Origin: a virus
Length of the DNA: 64,000 nucleotides
Virus record (IMG/VR): IMGVR_UViG_3300046777_002658
Coordinates: 32,001 to 96,000 of that record
Direction: 5' to 3' (one strand)
Below are positions 25,940 to 36,000 of the stretch, in pieces; the stretch's first letter is position 1; every line of letters starts with the position of its first letter. The notes below the pieces were generated by a model. The model was not told where the DNA came from, ran no database searches, and worked only from the letters and a program-made list of their open reading frames with translations. Both the position numbers and the translations under genes were made by a program.

Positions 25940-26743
25940 ATGGGAGCTACCAAGCCCCTGACGAACTGTTCGTCAGGGGTATTTTTTGTTCTTTATAGGC
26001 GCTTAGAGCGGTTTTGCATCATGTCTATTATCACTACTTCTTTCCTCTCTCTCTCTACCGACTCTTCCTACAGCATTTGGGTGTCAGCACCCAAAGCTGT
26101 GGGCATACACGCCCTCCACAACGGTCTAGCCCCAGCAGGGGGGTATGACCGTAAAAGCAAAGCTAGAGTAAAATCTAGCGGTACTTTAGAGTACCGCTGG
26201 AGTTTGGAGGACAGAGTTCTCCGCCCGGCTCATGCTCGCACTCTCTCGCCCCTTTACGGAGCCTTCACTAACCGACCAGAGCAGTCTTCCCTCGACCGTA
26301 GTAGTCGAGGGAACGGTAGAGTATGCCTAAAGATTAATCTTCAGGCAGTCCTCCCTTGGACAACCTGCACGAAGGGAGACTCGTACTCCCAAGGTAGAAA
26401 GGCAGTGGTTCTGCCTCTCTCTAAGGTTAAATTAGAACTTAAAAGGGCTGGCAACCCTTGGTTCTATTCTGACCGTTGCGATAACGGCAGGCAGCCTGGC
26501 GAAGAGACGCTCACTAGGGAACTGTGGAGGCTAAACGAAAGCCTGCGCCAGTCTTGGAAAGAAGGCTCTATTACCAAGGAGCAGTACGAACTGCTCCTGG
26601 AAGAGGGGGAGAGAAAGCTTATTGAACAATGGGAGGAGGAGAGAAAAAGGAAATGGTGGGAGTATACGCTCCCGTATGTAGAAGTACAAATATGGAGGGA
26701 GGTCACTCCTTCCATGATTGAGGACTGGATAATATTCGACTAG
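25940..26743 (+). CDS. Hypothetical protein; probable start ATG 26021
   Basis: First plus-strand gene after the repeat array; no family recognised. Confidence 0.6.
   Translation: MGATKPLTNCSSGVFFVLYRRLERFCIMSIITTSFLSLSTDSSYSIWVSAPKAVGIHALHNGLAPAGGYDRKSKARVKSSGTLEYRWSLEDRVLRPAHARTLSPLYGAFTNRPEQSSLDRSSRGNGRVCLKINLQAVLPWTTCTKGDSYSQGRKAVVLPLSKVKLELKRAGNPWFYSDRCDNGRQPGEETLTRELWRLNESLRQSWKEGSITKEQYELLLEEGERKLIEQWEEERKRKWWEYTLPYVEVQIWREVTPSMIEDWIIFD
25955..25979. promoter_or_regulatory. Palindrome CCCCTGACGAAC-T-GTTCGTCAGGGG followed by a T tract
   Basis: 12-bp perfect arms; core GACGAAC-N-GTTCGTC recurs at 30007 and 50993. Confidence 0.55.
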
Positions 26744-26747
26744 TCCT

Positions 26748-26778
26748 AACCCCTACTCGTGTGAGTAGGGGTTTTTTC
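26748..26778 (+). terminator. Intrinsic terminator-like hairpin
   Basis: AACCCCTACTC-GTGT-GAGTAGGGGTT followed by Ts, right after a stop codon. Confidence 0.7.
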
Positions 26779-26812
26779 TTACAGAATTTTAAGCCTGTAA
26801 GGAGGCTTTAAA

Positions 26813-27325
26813 ATGTCAGTAAACGGTTTCGGATGCGAAAAAATGATAAAAGGACTTTTAGCAGAGGCTGGTTATAGCCTCAGCACCAAAATGGAAATTA
26901 AGAACCTGCTGGAGGCAGCAGGTTCTTACGTTGGTAGGTTTGAGAAATCCTACCAGCAGCGAACAGGTAAGTGTGTTCGTTGGCAGTCTAAAACTGCAGA
27001 GTTTGTTTTAGACCACATCTACAAAATCGACATTTTAGTAGATGTTTGTGGTAAGAGCTACGGCGTGCAACTTACCACAAATCCCTACGCCGTAGAAGAA
27101 AAGGTAGAGGTCATAGAAAACCGATGGAAGGCTGGCCTTTACCATAGAGGTGGTATAGCCTCTATAAGCGTAGTGCTTGTGAAAGAGGGACAGCTCGACT
27201 CGTTGTTGAGCTGGACTGACCAACAGCGCGACTCTGTTAAAGAGCAGATCTATGACTTAATAGACTTGCTGATTGACTGTGAAGATACTGGTCAAGTCGG
27301 TCAGTTTACTATAAGACTTCCTTAA
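26813..27325 (+). CDS. PD-(D/E)XK-fold nuclease-like protein
   Basis: LDHIYKIDILV...YGVQLT matches a D...D-x(n)-QxT variant of the PD-(D/E)XK core. Confidence 0.5.
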   Translation: MSVNGFGCEKMIKGLLAEAGYSLSTKMEIKNLLEAAGSYVGRFEKSYQQRTGKCVRWQSKTAEFVLDHIYKIDILVDVCGKSYGVQLTTNPYAVEEKVEVIENRWKAGLYHRGGIASISVVLVKEGQLDSLLSWTDQQRDSVKEQIYDLIDLLIDCEDTGQVGQFTIRLP

Positions 27326-27327
27326 AT

Positions 27328-27358
27328 AAAAACCCACTCAATCTTGAGTGGGTTTTTC
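27328..27358 (+). terminator. Intrinsic terminator-like hairpin
   Basis: AAAACCCACTCAA-TC-TTGAGTGGGTTTT followed by Ts. Confidence 0.7.
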
Positions 27359-27418
27359 TTGAAAACTACAGCCGCGTAGGAAGATTAACCCCCCCTCCCC
27401 TCATATTGAGGGGTTTTT

Positions 27419-27742
27419 ATGTTTTTTTACAGCCGCTTAGGAGGCTTTATGTCCCACAAGAATATAGAAAAGAACCCAGCGGGGTTTCTCAAGACTTTCC
27501 GCTGTAAGGCGGAAGCTATCCTGAACCAAGCTTCAAAGCTTGGCTACTCCTACTCTCAGCCTGAGAAGAGGGAGTTAACTCTTGAGGAGTTATTCAAAGA
27601 CTCAAGAAGGTTACTACACCTGCTCACTCTCTGCAGAGAGTGGTGTACAAGAAAGTACGACTTAGAAACTGATGATGCTTTTATAGACATCATCAACAAG
27701 ATAGACTACCTCGCTAAGAGGTATGGAAACGGCGTGTTCTAG
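27419..27742 (+). CDS. Hypothetical protein; probable start ATG 27449
   Basis: AGGAGG ribosome-binding site precedes ATG 27449. Confidence 0.65.
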   Translation: MFFYSRLGGFMSHKNIEKNPAGFLKTFRCKAEAILNQASKLGYSYSQPEKRELTLEELFKDSRRLLHLLTLCREWCTRKYDLETDDAFIDIINKIDYLAKRYGNGVF

Positions 27743-27810
27743 CAATTTACCCCAACTAATCAGTTGGGGTATTTTCTGTCATTTACAGCCGCTTAGAGCG
27801 GCGTGAACCC

Positions 27811-28464
27811 GTGTCTTTTATCAAGAAATTGTTTGGCTTCTTTTCTTCTAACTCTTCAGCCCCTAAAGAGGTTGACTTGCTGGAAATTGCCCAGCAGAAC
27901 CTGGATAAGGTTAAGGCAGAAGCCGCTACCTTGAAAGATGTTGAAGCTAAAAAGAAAGCTGAAGAGCTAAGGCTGATTGAAAGAGCGGCTAAACTAGCCT
28001 CGATTGACAGAGAGCTAGAGTCCACCTTTGACTATATGTCTAAAGGTCATAAGAGGCTGAAGAAGATTGAGAAGCGGATTGCTACTCAAAAGCAGGAGGA
28101 GCAAGAGCAGCTCCAAGCTCACTTCTCCAAAGCTAGGGAGCTGAGAATGAAGTTTGAAGCCTCCCTCTGGGAGGAGGATGAGGACGAGTCTCAAACTCCT
28201 CCACCCGCAAAACCAGCACCAGCACCCGCACCAGCACCAGCACCAGCACCAGCACCCGCACCCGCACCCGCTCCAGCACCCGCACCCGCAAAACCAGCAT
28301 CTGTACCCGCACCCGCACCCGCTCCCGTTGCTCCACCCGCAGCTGCAGTTTCTTCTCAGGCTCCCGAAGAGCCTGAAGAAAGGCCAAAAGCGGAAAAGAG
28401 CGTAATAAAGGAGAGAGGAAAGAACCCCAATGTTGGGGAAATTCCTCCAGTGAATCTTAGATAG
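27811..28464 (+). CDS. Coiled-coil protein with a Pro-Ala repeat linker
   Basis: N-terminal coiled coil, then (PA)n encoded by GCACCA/GCACCC repeats at about 28210-28325. Confidence 0.7.
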   Translation: MSFIKKLFGFFSSNSSAPKEVDLLEIAQQNLDKVKAEAATLKDVEAKKKAEELRLIERAAKLASIDRELESTFDYMSKGHKRLKKIEKRIATQKQEEQEQLQAHFSKARELRMKFEASLWEEDEDESQTPPPAKPAPAPAPAPAPAPAPAPAPAPAPAPAKPASVPAPAPAPVAPPAAAVSSQAPEEPEERPKAEKSVIKERGKNPNVGEIPPVNLR

Positions 28465-28795
28465 ATAACTTAACCCCTATAAGGCGCATGACCCCTTATA
28501 GGGGTTATTTTTTTATGTCCAACAGGACAGTGCGCTGACTCAGCACCCTAGCCCCCAGTGGCAGGAATCCGGGATTTAATTGACCGGGAAGTTAGCGACA
28601 AATGGGATGTAAGTCCAAGAAACTGAACCCCGGTAAGGTACAGCCGCGCTAGTACAGCCGCACCCCAAAATCATTTCTGCAACGAAGAGTTCGTCGTGGG
28701 TTATTTTTACTATTTATAAGACTACTTTAAACATAAAGATAGCGCGAAGCCGTAAGCCCTGCGCTATAATCAGTATAGTAATTGAGTTTCTTACT

Positions 28796-29902
28796 ATGAT
28801 TGATTATAGCATTGTTTCCCGGCATCCGGTGTTTGGTTTTCCTGATAACCAAGATATTTGGAAACAGACAGATAAGCTGCACACACGTCGTCCTAAATCC
28901 TGGTTACGCTATAAGTGGGTGAAGGATAAAGTTGCTCTAGTTTGTCAAAGGTTAGGGTTGCCAGCGGAAGACGTAATGATTTCTAGACCTCCTAACTACT
29001 TCTTTAGTCCTCACATTGCTTACCTCTACGTGGGTTGGCTTCTTGGAGAAGATGAAGCAGTAAGATTCTACAAACATTATCTGATCACACCAGCAGAGCC
29101 AGAGTACAGAGAGTTTAACAAAGATAGGTCTTTAGCAGCAAGCTCCAGCAATCTAAAAAGATATGCGACACCCGAGATATTAAGCTTAGTACCCAATAGT
29201 TTTGAGGGGATTAGTTTCCAGACTTATGGTACTGCTGAAAAACCTTTTTGGTATGCAGATGATGTAGCAAGAGCTTTAGGTCTTACACATCAAAGAGATA
29301 TGTTGAGGTATTTAGAGGAGGATGAAAAGGGGACGGTTTTAACCCACACCCCTGGGGGACCTCAGCAAAAGACCATCGTGTATGAGCCTGGTCTTTACAC
29401 TTGTATATTAAGAGCTAGAGCAGCTACTACTAAAGGAACTCTAGCCTACAAGTTTAGAAGATGGGTGACTCACGAAGTGTTACCTTCTATAAGGATGTAT
29501 GGTTCTTACAGAAATAACATAAGAAAGAATTACATAGACGTAAACAATTTGTTTGCTAACTCACCTTCTCACCCAAATGCTCTTTTATTACATGATTTAG
29601 CTAGTAAGATACAAGCAGATGACAAGGAGGGGCTGCAGGCTTTGTTTGAACTGGCTAAGAGGTTAATGCCCGGTAATGATGAGTTGTTTGATAGTATGCT
29701 ACCTAAAGTAAGACAAGCAAAAAACCCTACAAGAGTAGGAGAAGCAATAACTTGGGAAGGAAGAACACAGACTATACCAGAATGGGCTAGAGAAATGGGT
29801 ATGACAGACTGTAACCTCAGAATACGAATTAGAAACTGGGGTTTGGAGAGAGCTATGTCAACACCTAAAGAAGAGAGGTTTGACAGAACAAAAGCAAGTT
29901 AA
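28796..29902 (+). CDS. BRO-N (antirepressor-like) DNA-binding protein with KilA-N-like N-terminus
   Basis: PFWYADDVARALGL...EPGLYTCILRAR...FRRWVTHEVLPSIR is BRO-N; FSPHIAYLYVGWL resembles KilA-N; C-terminal WEGRTQTIPEWAREMG is a small helical DNA-binding motif. Confidence 0.75.
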   Translation: MIDYSIVSRHPVFGFPDNQDIWKQTDKLHTRRPKSWLRYKWVKDKVALVCQRLGLPAEDVMISRPPNYFFSPHIAYLYVGWLLGEDEAVRFYKHYLITPAEPEYREFNKDRSLAASSSNLKRYATPEILSLVPNSFEGISFQTYGTAEKPFWYADDVARALGLTHQRDMLRYLEEDEKGTVLTHTPGGPQQKTIVYEPGLYTCILRARAATTKGTLAYKFRRWVTHEVLPSIRMYGSYRNNIRKNYIDVNNLFANSPSHPNALLLHDLASKIQADDKEGLQALFELAKRLMPGNDELFDSMLPKVRQAKNPTRVGEAITWEGRTQTIPEWAREMGMTDCNLRIRIRNWGLERAMSTPKEERFDRTKAS

Positions 29903-29926
29903 TAACCGTAACTAACTAATTAAATA

Positions 29927-29958
29927 ACCCCTTGAGTTTTTACTCAAGGGGATTTTTT
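29927..29958 (+). terminator. Intrinsic terminator-like hairpin
   Basis: CCCCTTGAGT-TTTT-ACTCAAGGGG followed by ATTTTTT after the BRO gene. Confidence 0.65.
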
Positions 29959-30069
29959 GTTGTTTACAAACGATAGGTACTACAAGCTATAAAGCACCAT
30001 ACTCACGACGAACGGTTCGTCGTGGGTATTTTTTATAGTCCGACAGCCGCTTAGACCAAGGAGGTTCGC

Positions 30070-33000
30070 ATGGCTTATCGACAACAACAAACCCTAGTTT
30101 GTTCAGCTAAGGCAGAGGTTCGCCAGAATCAACCCAGCCATAGCGCCGTTGATACAGCCGCGCCTTCTGGTCAAACTAACTGTTCGGGTAACGAAAACAA
30201 TTCTTCAAAGGTTTTAACCATGTCTTATTCCATGTCCGCTTTGTTACTTTCGTTGTCTATTGTCGTTAAAAGCGTAAAGAAGGTCGCTCCTTCTATGTCT
30301 ATGAGAAATAAAGTAGCAAGAGCCTCCAGGAAGGCTCAACAACGTTTGGCACGAGCCAAGCGCCAAGCCAGACAAGTCAAGAATGGCTGGCTGCGCTCCT
30401 CAGCGTATCAGAAGCTGTGTAGAGAGGCTGATCACGCCTCTCGTATCAGCTGCATCACTCCACCCGCCAGTAGTGCTGGTAAAGCTGGTTCATCCAGCAG
30501 ACCTATTGTTAAATACTCCCGCCTATCAGATGGCGAAGGGGTATATGCCTTGACCCCAGCAATCCGAGTGCACAGAACCTTTGTGGCGCCGGTCACACGC
30601 AGGGAACGACACCTTGCAGCTAGAGAGCAGCTTAAGGCTGCGGGACTGCTGCCTAACCAAGCCCCTGCTCTAGGCAAAGCTCTCAAGGAGCAACGTAAGG
30701 CTAAAGCCAAAGTTAAGTCCTTAACCTTTAGTCCCGTCGCACGTCCACGGGATATAGAAAAAGCTGCCCAGCAGCTAGAGAAAGCTGCTGCCAAAGCAGC
30801 AAGGCTTTCTGAAGTGGTTAAGGTTGCTGGGCACGCAGTAAGCAAGAAAAAAGAACAGAGAGAGGAAATCTTTGTTCAGAAAGTTGAGGCAGTAACCGCC
30901 CCTCCAACTCTCTTAAAACTGGCCGCAAGATGCCAACGGCTAAGACAGAGATATTACAAAAGTCAAGACGAGCAAGACTACAAAGTCTGGCAAGAAGCAG
31001 AGGAAGATTATGCCTTTCTCTGCAAGAAAAAAGAACAGAGAGAGGAAATCTTTGTTCAAGAGGTTGTCACTCCAGATGACTTCCTAGCGCAGTTGGAGTT
31101 CTTAAGAACTCAGCTAGACCAAAATATGGCGCCTCCTGTTGTGCCACAAGAGTTTGCTACTGCAGCAGCAGAGATTGTGGATGACTACAAAGCCCAGGCA
31201 GAAGCCACAGGCACAAAGGATATGACCATGCTTATGTCCCTTTCATCCCCCATCAAAAACTCTGCTGGAGAGGATGTACAGGTTATAACCATTACAGGTA
31301 ACTGGAGTGGCAACGAGATTGACCCACAACTAAAAGCAGCCAGTAAAGATGTGATGGTGAACTTAGTGGGCAAGAACAAACTGCAAAAAGCAGAGTTCAC
31401 AAAACGAGGCTTTGTTCTTGTTACACAAGAGTGGTATTGTTTACCACTAGAGCAAAATAAACAACTAATTAAGGAAACACCAGTGAGACCACCAATTGTT
31501 TCCAGAACCAGCTCAAACCCACCAAAGCTGGTTAAAACAGACAGGGCTGATGGTGTTAAGTACCTGCACCTTTACCCTAACAGTGTTACACCCAAAAACA
31601 TTAAGGAACTTCTAGCCGAGCCCAAAGAGCTAGAAGTGCTTGTTAACATTAGCTCTGAACGGCTAATAGTTGAGAACCGGGATAAGTTTGTAGAGTTTCT
31701 CAGAGCTAATGGCTTTGAGAATTACTCTACTCACGCTGACTGGTTAGTCCTGCCAGCAGGTAGAAAGTTTGCAGAAAGAGTAGTTAAAGCTGGGGTTGTT
31801 TTCTCTGAAGAAGAGGAGTCATTTAACAAACTGTGGGTAACAGTTGATGGGGTTGACTTAGTAGAAGCTACCTTAGCTCCTCGCAAACCAACAGAAAATA
31901 TGGATGATATAGAAAATGAAGAGTTGTGGAACCGATTGGGTATAGCAGAAGCTGTACGCCAAGCAGTTGCTACAGCTCTTTCTGATTATCTGTATGCTGA
32001 TGTTTGGTTTAGCTATGACACAAGCATATCTCTGGAAGTAACTGAGCTTTTAGCAGAGTTTGGCTTTGCTTCTAAGTATGACTGCTTCTTGTTAAAACCA
32101 GCATTAAGAGAGCCAGTTAACAAGGATGTCAAATCTATGTACATCACAGTACATACAAAAACCAAAGCTGGTGTAGCTTCAGGTTCTTTCACTGTGGGTG
32201 ACACCACTATCCCAGTGGAAGTAGACCAAAAAGCTACAGAGCCAGCTAACAGACTGCTCTGTGTTAAGCAAGCAATCGCTTACGCTATTAACGCTGGGGC
32301 AAAGGCTGTTTCGGTAGAAGTCAGCCACGCTAACTATGACCTGAACAAGTTAGCTGCATGGAAAGCTGCTGGCTTTAAAGGCAAGTCTAATGTTGAGTTG
32401 CTAAAAGATATTGAGTCTCTGACTCACTACCTTTCTGTTACCTGGGTAAACCCTAAGAACAAAGCCAAAGAAGTGGCTAATACTGTAGTAAGAGAAACTG
32501 TGGCACAAGTAACAAAGGTGCAGGCTTCCGTAACCACATCCCATAAAGTAATTGGTGGAGAGGCTTATGCAGAAGAAGGCTTACTGTATTACCCTAAAAT
32601 CCTGTTTAAAGAAACCAGAGACTTACTGCTTGAAGATCTTCAAGCAGTTCTTGACAGTGGTGCTGTTGAGAAAACCAGCTTTGGTCCCTACCAGTACACC
32701 TGTTTAGGTGACTACTACTGGACATGGGAAAACAAGAAGGGTGTCTACTCTACCACTCAACCAAATGGCTCTCCTGTCGCAGCTGTACCAAAGCGGCTGA
32801 GAGAAATTGTTGAAGTCTGGTTAAATGGAGAGTTAAAAGTTTGGGAGGGTCAGTACGTAGTAGAATCTTGCCTTGTAAACTTCTACGAAGGCAAGCAGAA
32901 GCTAAACTGCCATCAAGACATCTCTGAAGAGATTGATGCTCCTATTGTCTCTTTCTCCTTTGGTGCTACTGGTCGTTTCCTCATTCGTGAGGGAGCTCGC

Positions 33001-36000
33001 ACTGGTCGTATCTCTCATGAGTTCACTTTAAGTGACTCTGACTTACTTGTTATGTATGGCAAGCACAGATACTGCTGGCATGAGTATGCTGGCAACATTG
33101 AATCTGGTACAAGGATAAACTTAACCTTCCGCATGGTTAAGAAGCCTGTAGTAACCCAACCAGAGGTAAGAACTGTGGAGCAAAGGACTGTAAAAACAGA
33201 ACGTCTTGTTGATACTACTGCAGTGAAGCAGAATCAACAGCCTGCAGCAAGAACTGTTCAGGATAGAGTAAGGGTTAACCCAGACTTCAAGCCTCAACCC
33301 AGAGCAAAAACCTTGCCGGAGCCTGGTTTGCTACCTCAGTCAGAGGTTGGCAGAATCAGTGGCACTCCTCAAGGTTGCTCTCACATCTTTGACTTTAAAA
33401 ACAATGAGTCTAAGAAAGGTCTTGATGAGGTTATTGTAGCAGCTTTCGCTGTAAGGTTAGACCCCGTTAAAGGGCAGCCTGTAGAGTGTAACATTAACAC
33501 TCCCTCATATGCTTATAACGATGAGTTTACTCACTACGGGTATGAAGATACTCTTACCACTAAAAAGGGTGAGAATATGAATGTTATAAGCTTGGGTGCA
33601 GCCGCTACAAAGGCTCTACCAGCTCATCTGACACCAATTATACTTTCTGTTTGCAACCACTGTTTAAATGGTGTGCGAGAAGAGTTTATACCCACAGCTC
33701 TATCATCAGTGAACAGAGTTAACAAGAAGGCTAATCTGCAGATTATTCTTGGGCAACCAGGTGGTGAATCCTGCTTGACCAAAGAGAAAGCCATCCAGGC
33801 ACCAGAATCTAGCTCTAGACAAAAGATGGGAGCAGCTATACTAGAAGGTGAGTCTAAAGAAATCCCTTCCGTAATATTCCACGATGACGGACAGGGACAT
33901 ACTCCCACGTTTGTTAAGTTAGAATTTTCTGGAGATGGTCTAGAAACTATTCTTGCAGACGGTAAGAGACACATCTTTATCGTAGTTGCTTGGTACGACA
34001 AGAGCAAGCAAACTTACTTTGAGAAGGGGGGTAAGCAGTACAGAATCTACCCCCACACTGCTAGTGTCTTCCATGTTGATGACTTAGAAGCTGTCTTTGG
34101 TGGTCAGAAAGTATTTAAGTTTGATGAAAGAGCTCTTCTAGGGTTATCAGCAGAGCCTGTAGTTGAGGCTAAAGCTGTTAAACCAGAGGTTAAAGCTCTT
34201 AACAGACCTCTTATCAAACCAGAACCAACAAAAGCAACCTCTGAAGAGGTTACAGAAGTTCAACAGTCTGTTGATAAGGCAAATCTAGCCAAAGAGCTGG
34301 CAGATCTTCACAAAGCCACCAGATTAAAAGGTCTTCCACTGACCAAAGGTCTAACAGAAGAAGACTTAGAGAGCATATTTGTTTGCATGAGTCCTGATGG
34401 TCAGATAGCTCACAGAACTCTAAGCTACATCAAGTCCAGAACCGATGGCAAACCTGTGCAGCTGTTTGATTGGACTAAAGCTGATGTTCTTAAGGTAGCA
34501 AAAGTTTTTGTAGACCTTTTATCGCCTACAAAAGCAACAGCAGATCAACAGGTGTTCCGCTACCGCAATACTGAAGAGGGCTTGTTGCTTTCCTTTGACG
34601 CTGGAACTATTGAGTTCTTGATAGGCAATGATGGTCGTGCTTATAATGCTGCTGATGGTCGTGCCTTTGAGCAAGGCATGGAGCTGATAGGGTACAACGC
34701 TTTAGATATGTCTTGGTGGGACTCTCCAGAGTATGCTAAAGCTAAAGCAGCACTAGCCGCTGCGGGTAAGAAAGAACCTGAAAAAGATGTTTCTTACTTC
34801 CAAATAGTTAATGGAGAGGTTCAGACCAGAGAGGAGTACAAACCTGAAATCACAGATGTTTGTTTCTCCTCCTCCATCGGTAAGTTCATGCAGGCTTTCT
34901 GTGCTTACTTATTGATGTTTGCTCAAAGCAAGAACAACACTCGGGGGGGCTTGGGTGACAACTTTAAGATTCTTTTGAACAAGTGCGAGAGTGTTATCTC
35001 TATGACCGAAGGAGATATCCTTGGTCAAAATGGAGGTTTCTTGTACTCTGTGCAAAACAGTCCTAAACTGTACGTTCACAGAGAGCAGTGTGACATATTT
35101 GCACTAGAAGAAGACAAGCTGAAAGACTTGGCTAATTCAGTGGCAACAGTAGTCAAGGGTTATGATAAAAAGCCACCAGAAGAGATGCTCAAAGTGTCTT
35201 CCACTGACACTCAGTCTCTAGCTATGAAAGAAGCTTTCAAGAAGTATCCTGCTTTGGGCTTCCACTTTGCTAAGGGTACTTTTATCAATGGTCTGACCCA
35301 TCTCAGACTAGCTACTCTTCAAAAGTATGCTCCAAACTTGTTTAATAAGACTCTGCAACTAACAGGGTTATCAGTTGAGGCTGCTGTTGAAAGTGTTGTC
35401 TCTTTAACTCTAAAAGCTTCTAAGGGTGCTAAACGAGCAACTTTAGCCTTAGCCAGAGCTGTTGAAGTGTTAGGAGAAGTGAAAGCTGGCTGGGCTTTCT
35501 ATGGTCAAGAGAAGGTGCTGACAGGCTGGCTTGTGCAAGAGTGTATGGCTCCTACATTTGTCATGGCTCCTGGTATGTCCTTCTTCTTAGGCAATGAGGA
35601 GGAGAAACCAGTTGCTTTAGTCAAGAAGACTCAGACACAAAACTACCCCAAGTTCTTGGCTAGTAACCTTGCTGAGGCTGTGAGCATGACAGGCGTTACT
35701 GAGTATCAAAGATGCCTGGCAGATCACAGACCCACTCAAACCTATGATGAGGTTTCAGCAACCTACCGCATCACCTTTGATAAAGAGGTAAAGCTAATCA
35801 AAGGCACAGAAATTGCTTTTGTTAAAAAGGAAGAGGGTCAGGGAGCCGATGCCGTCATTATTTTCAATGACAACGAGAGAGCCACTCTCAATGAGATAAC
35901 CTGGAGAGTCCATAAGGATCTTGTAGGTGAGTCAGTCTTGGTAGTCAACTACTCTTACACCCTACACCACCGCAACCCTAAACTGCGTGGTGTCATCAAA

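Larger units (their letters stand above)
27368..30054 (+). promoter_or_regulatory. Dispersed upstream motif class I, ACAGCCGC(T/G)TAG (27368, 27429, 27785, 28640, 28654, 30043)
   Basis: Intergenic or start-proximal copies, mostly after a hairpin plus T tract and before a start codon. Confidence 0.55.

Noticed and set aside
25563-25953. ORFs 25563-25871, 25622-25924 and 25657-25953
   Set aside because: They stay open because of the repeat array, overlap one another and give low-complexity translations.
28133-28405. Alternative-frame translations of the PA repeat (VR-rich and HP/HQ-rich)
   Set aside because: By-products of the 6-bp repeat; the 27811 frame has the class I motif upstream and sensible flanks.
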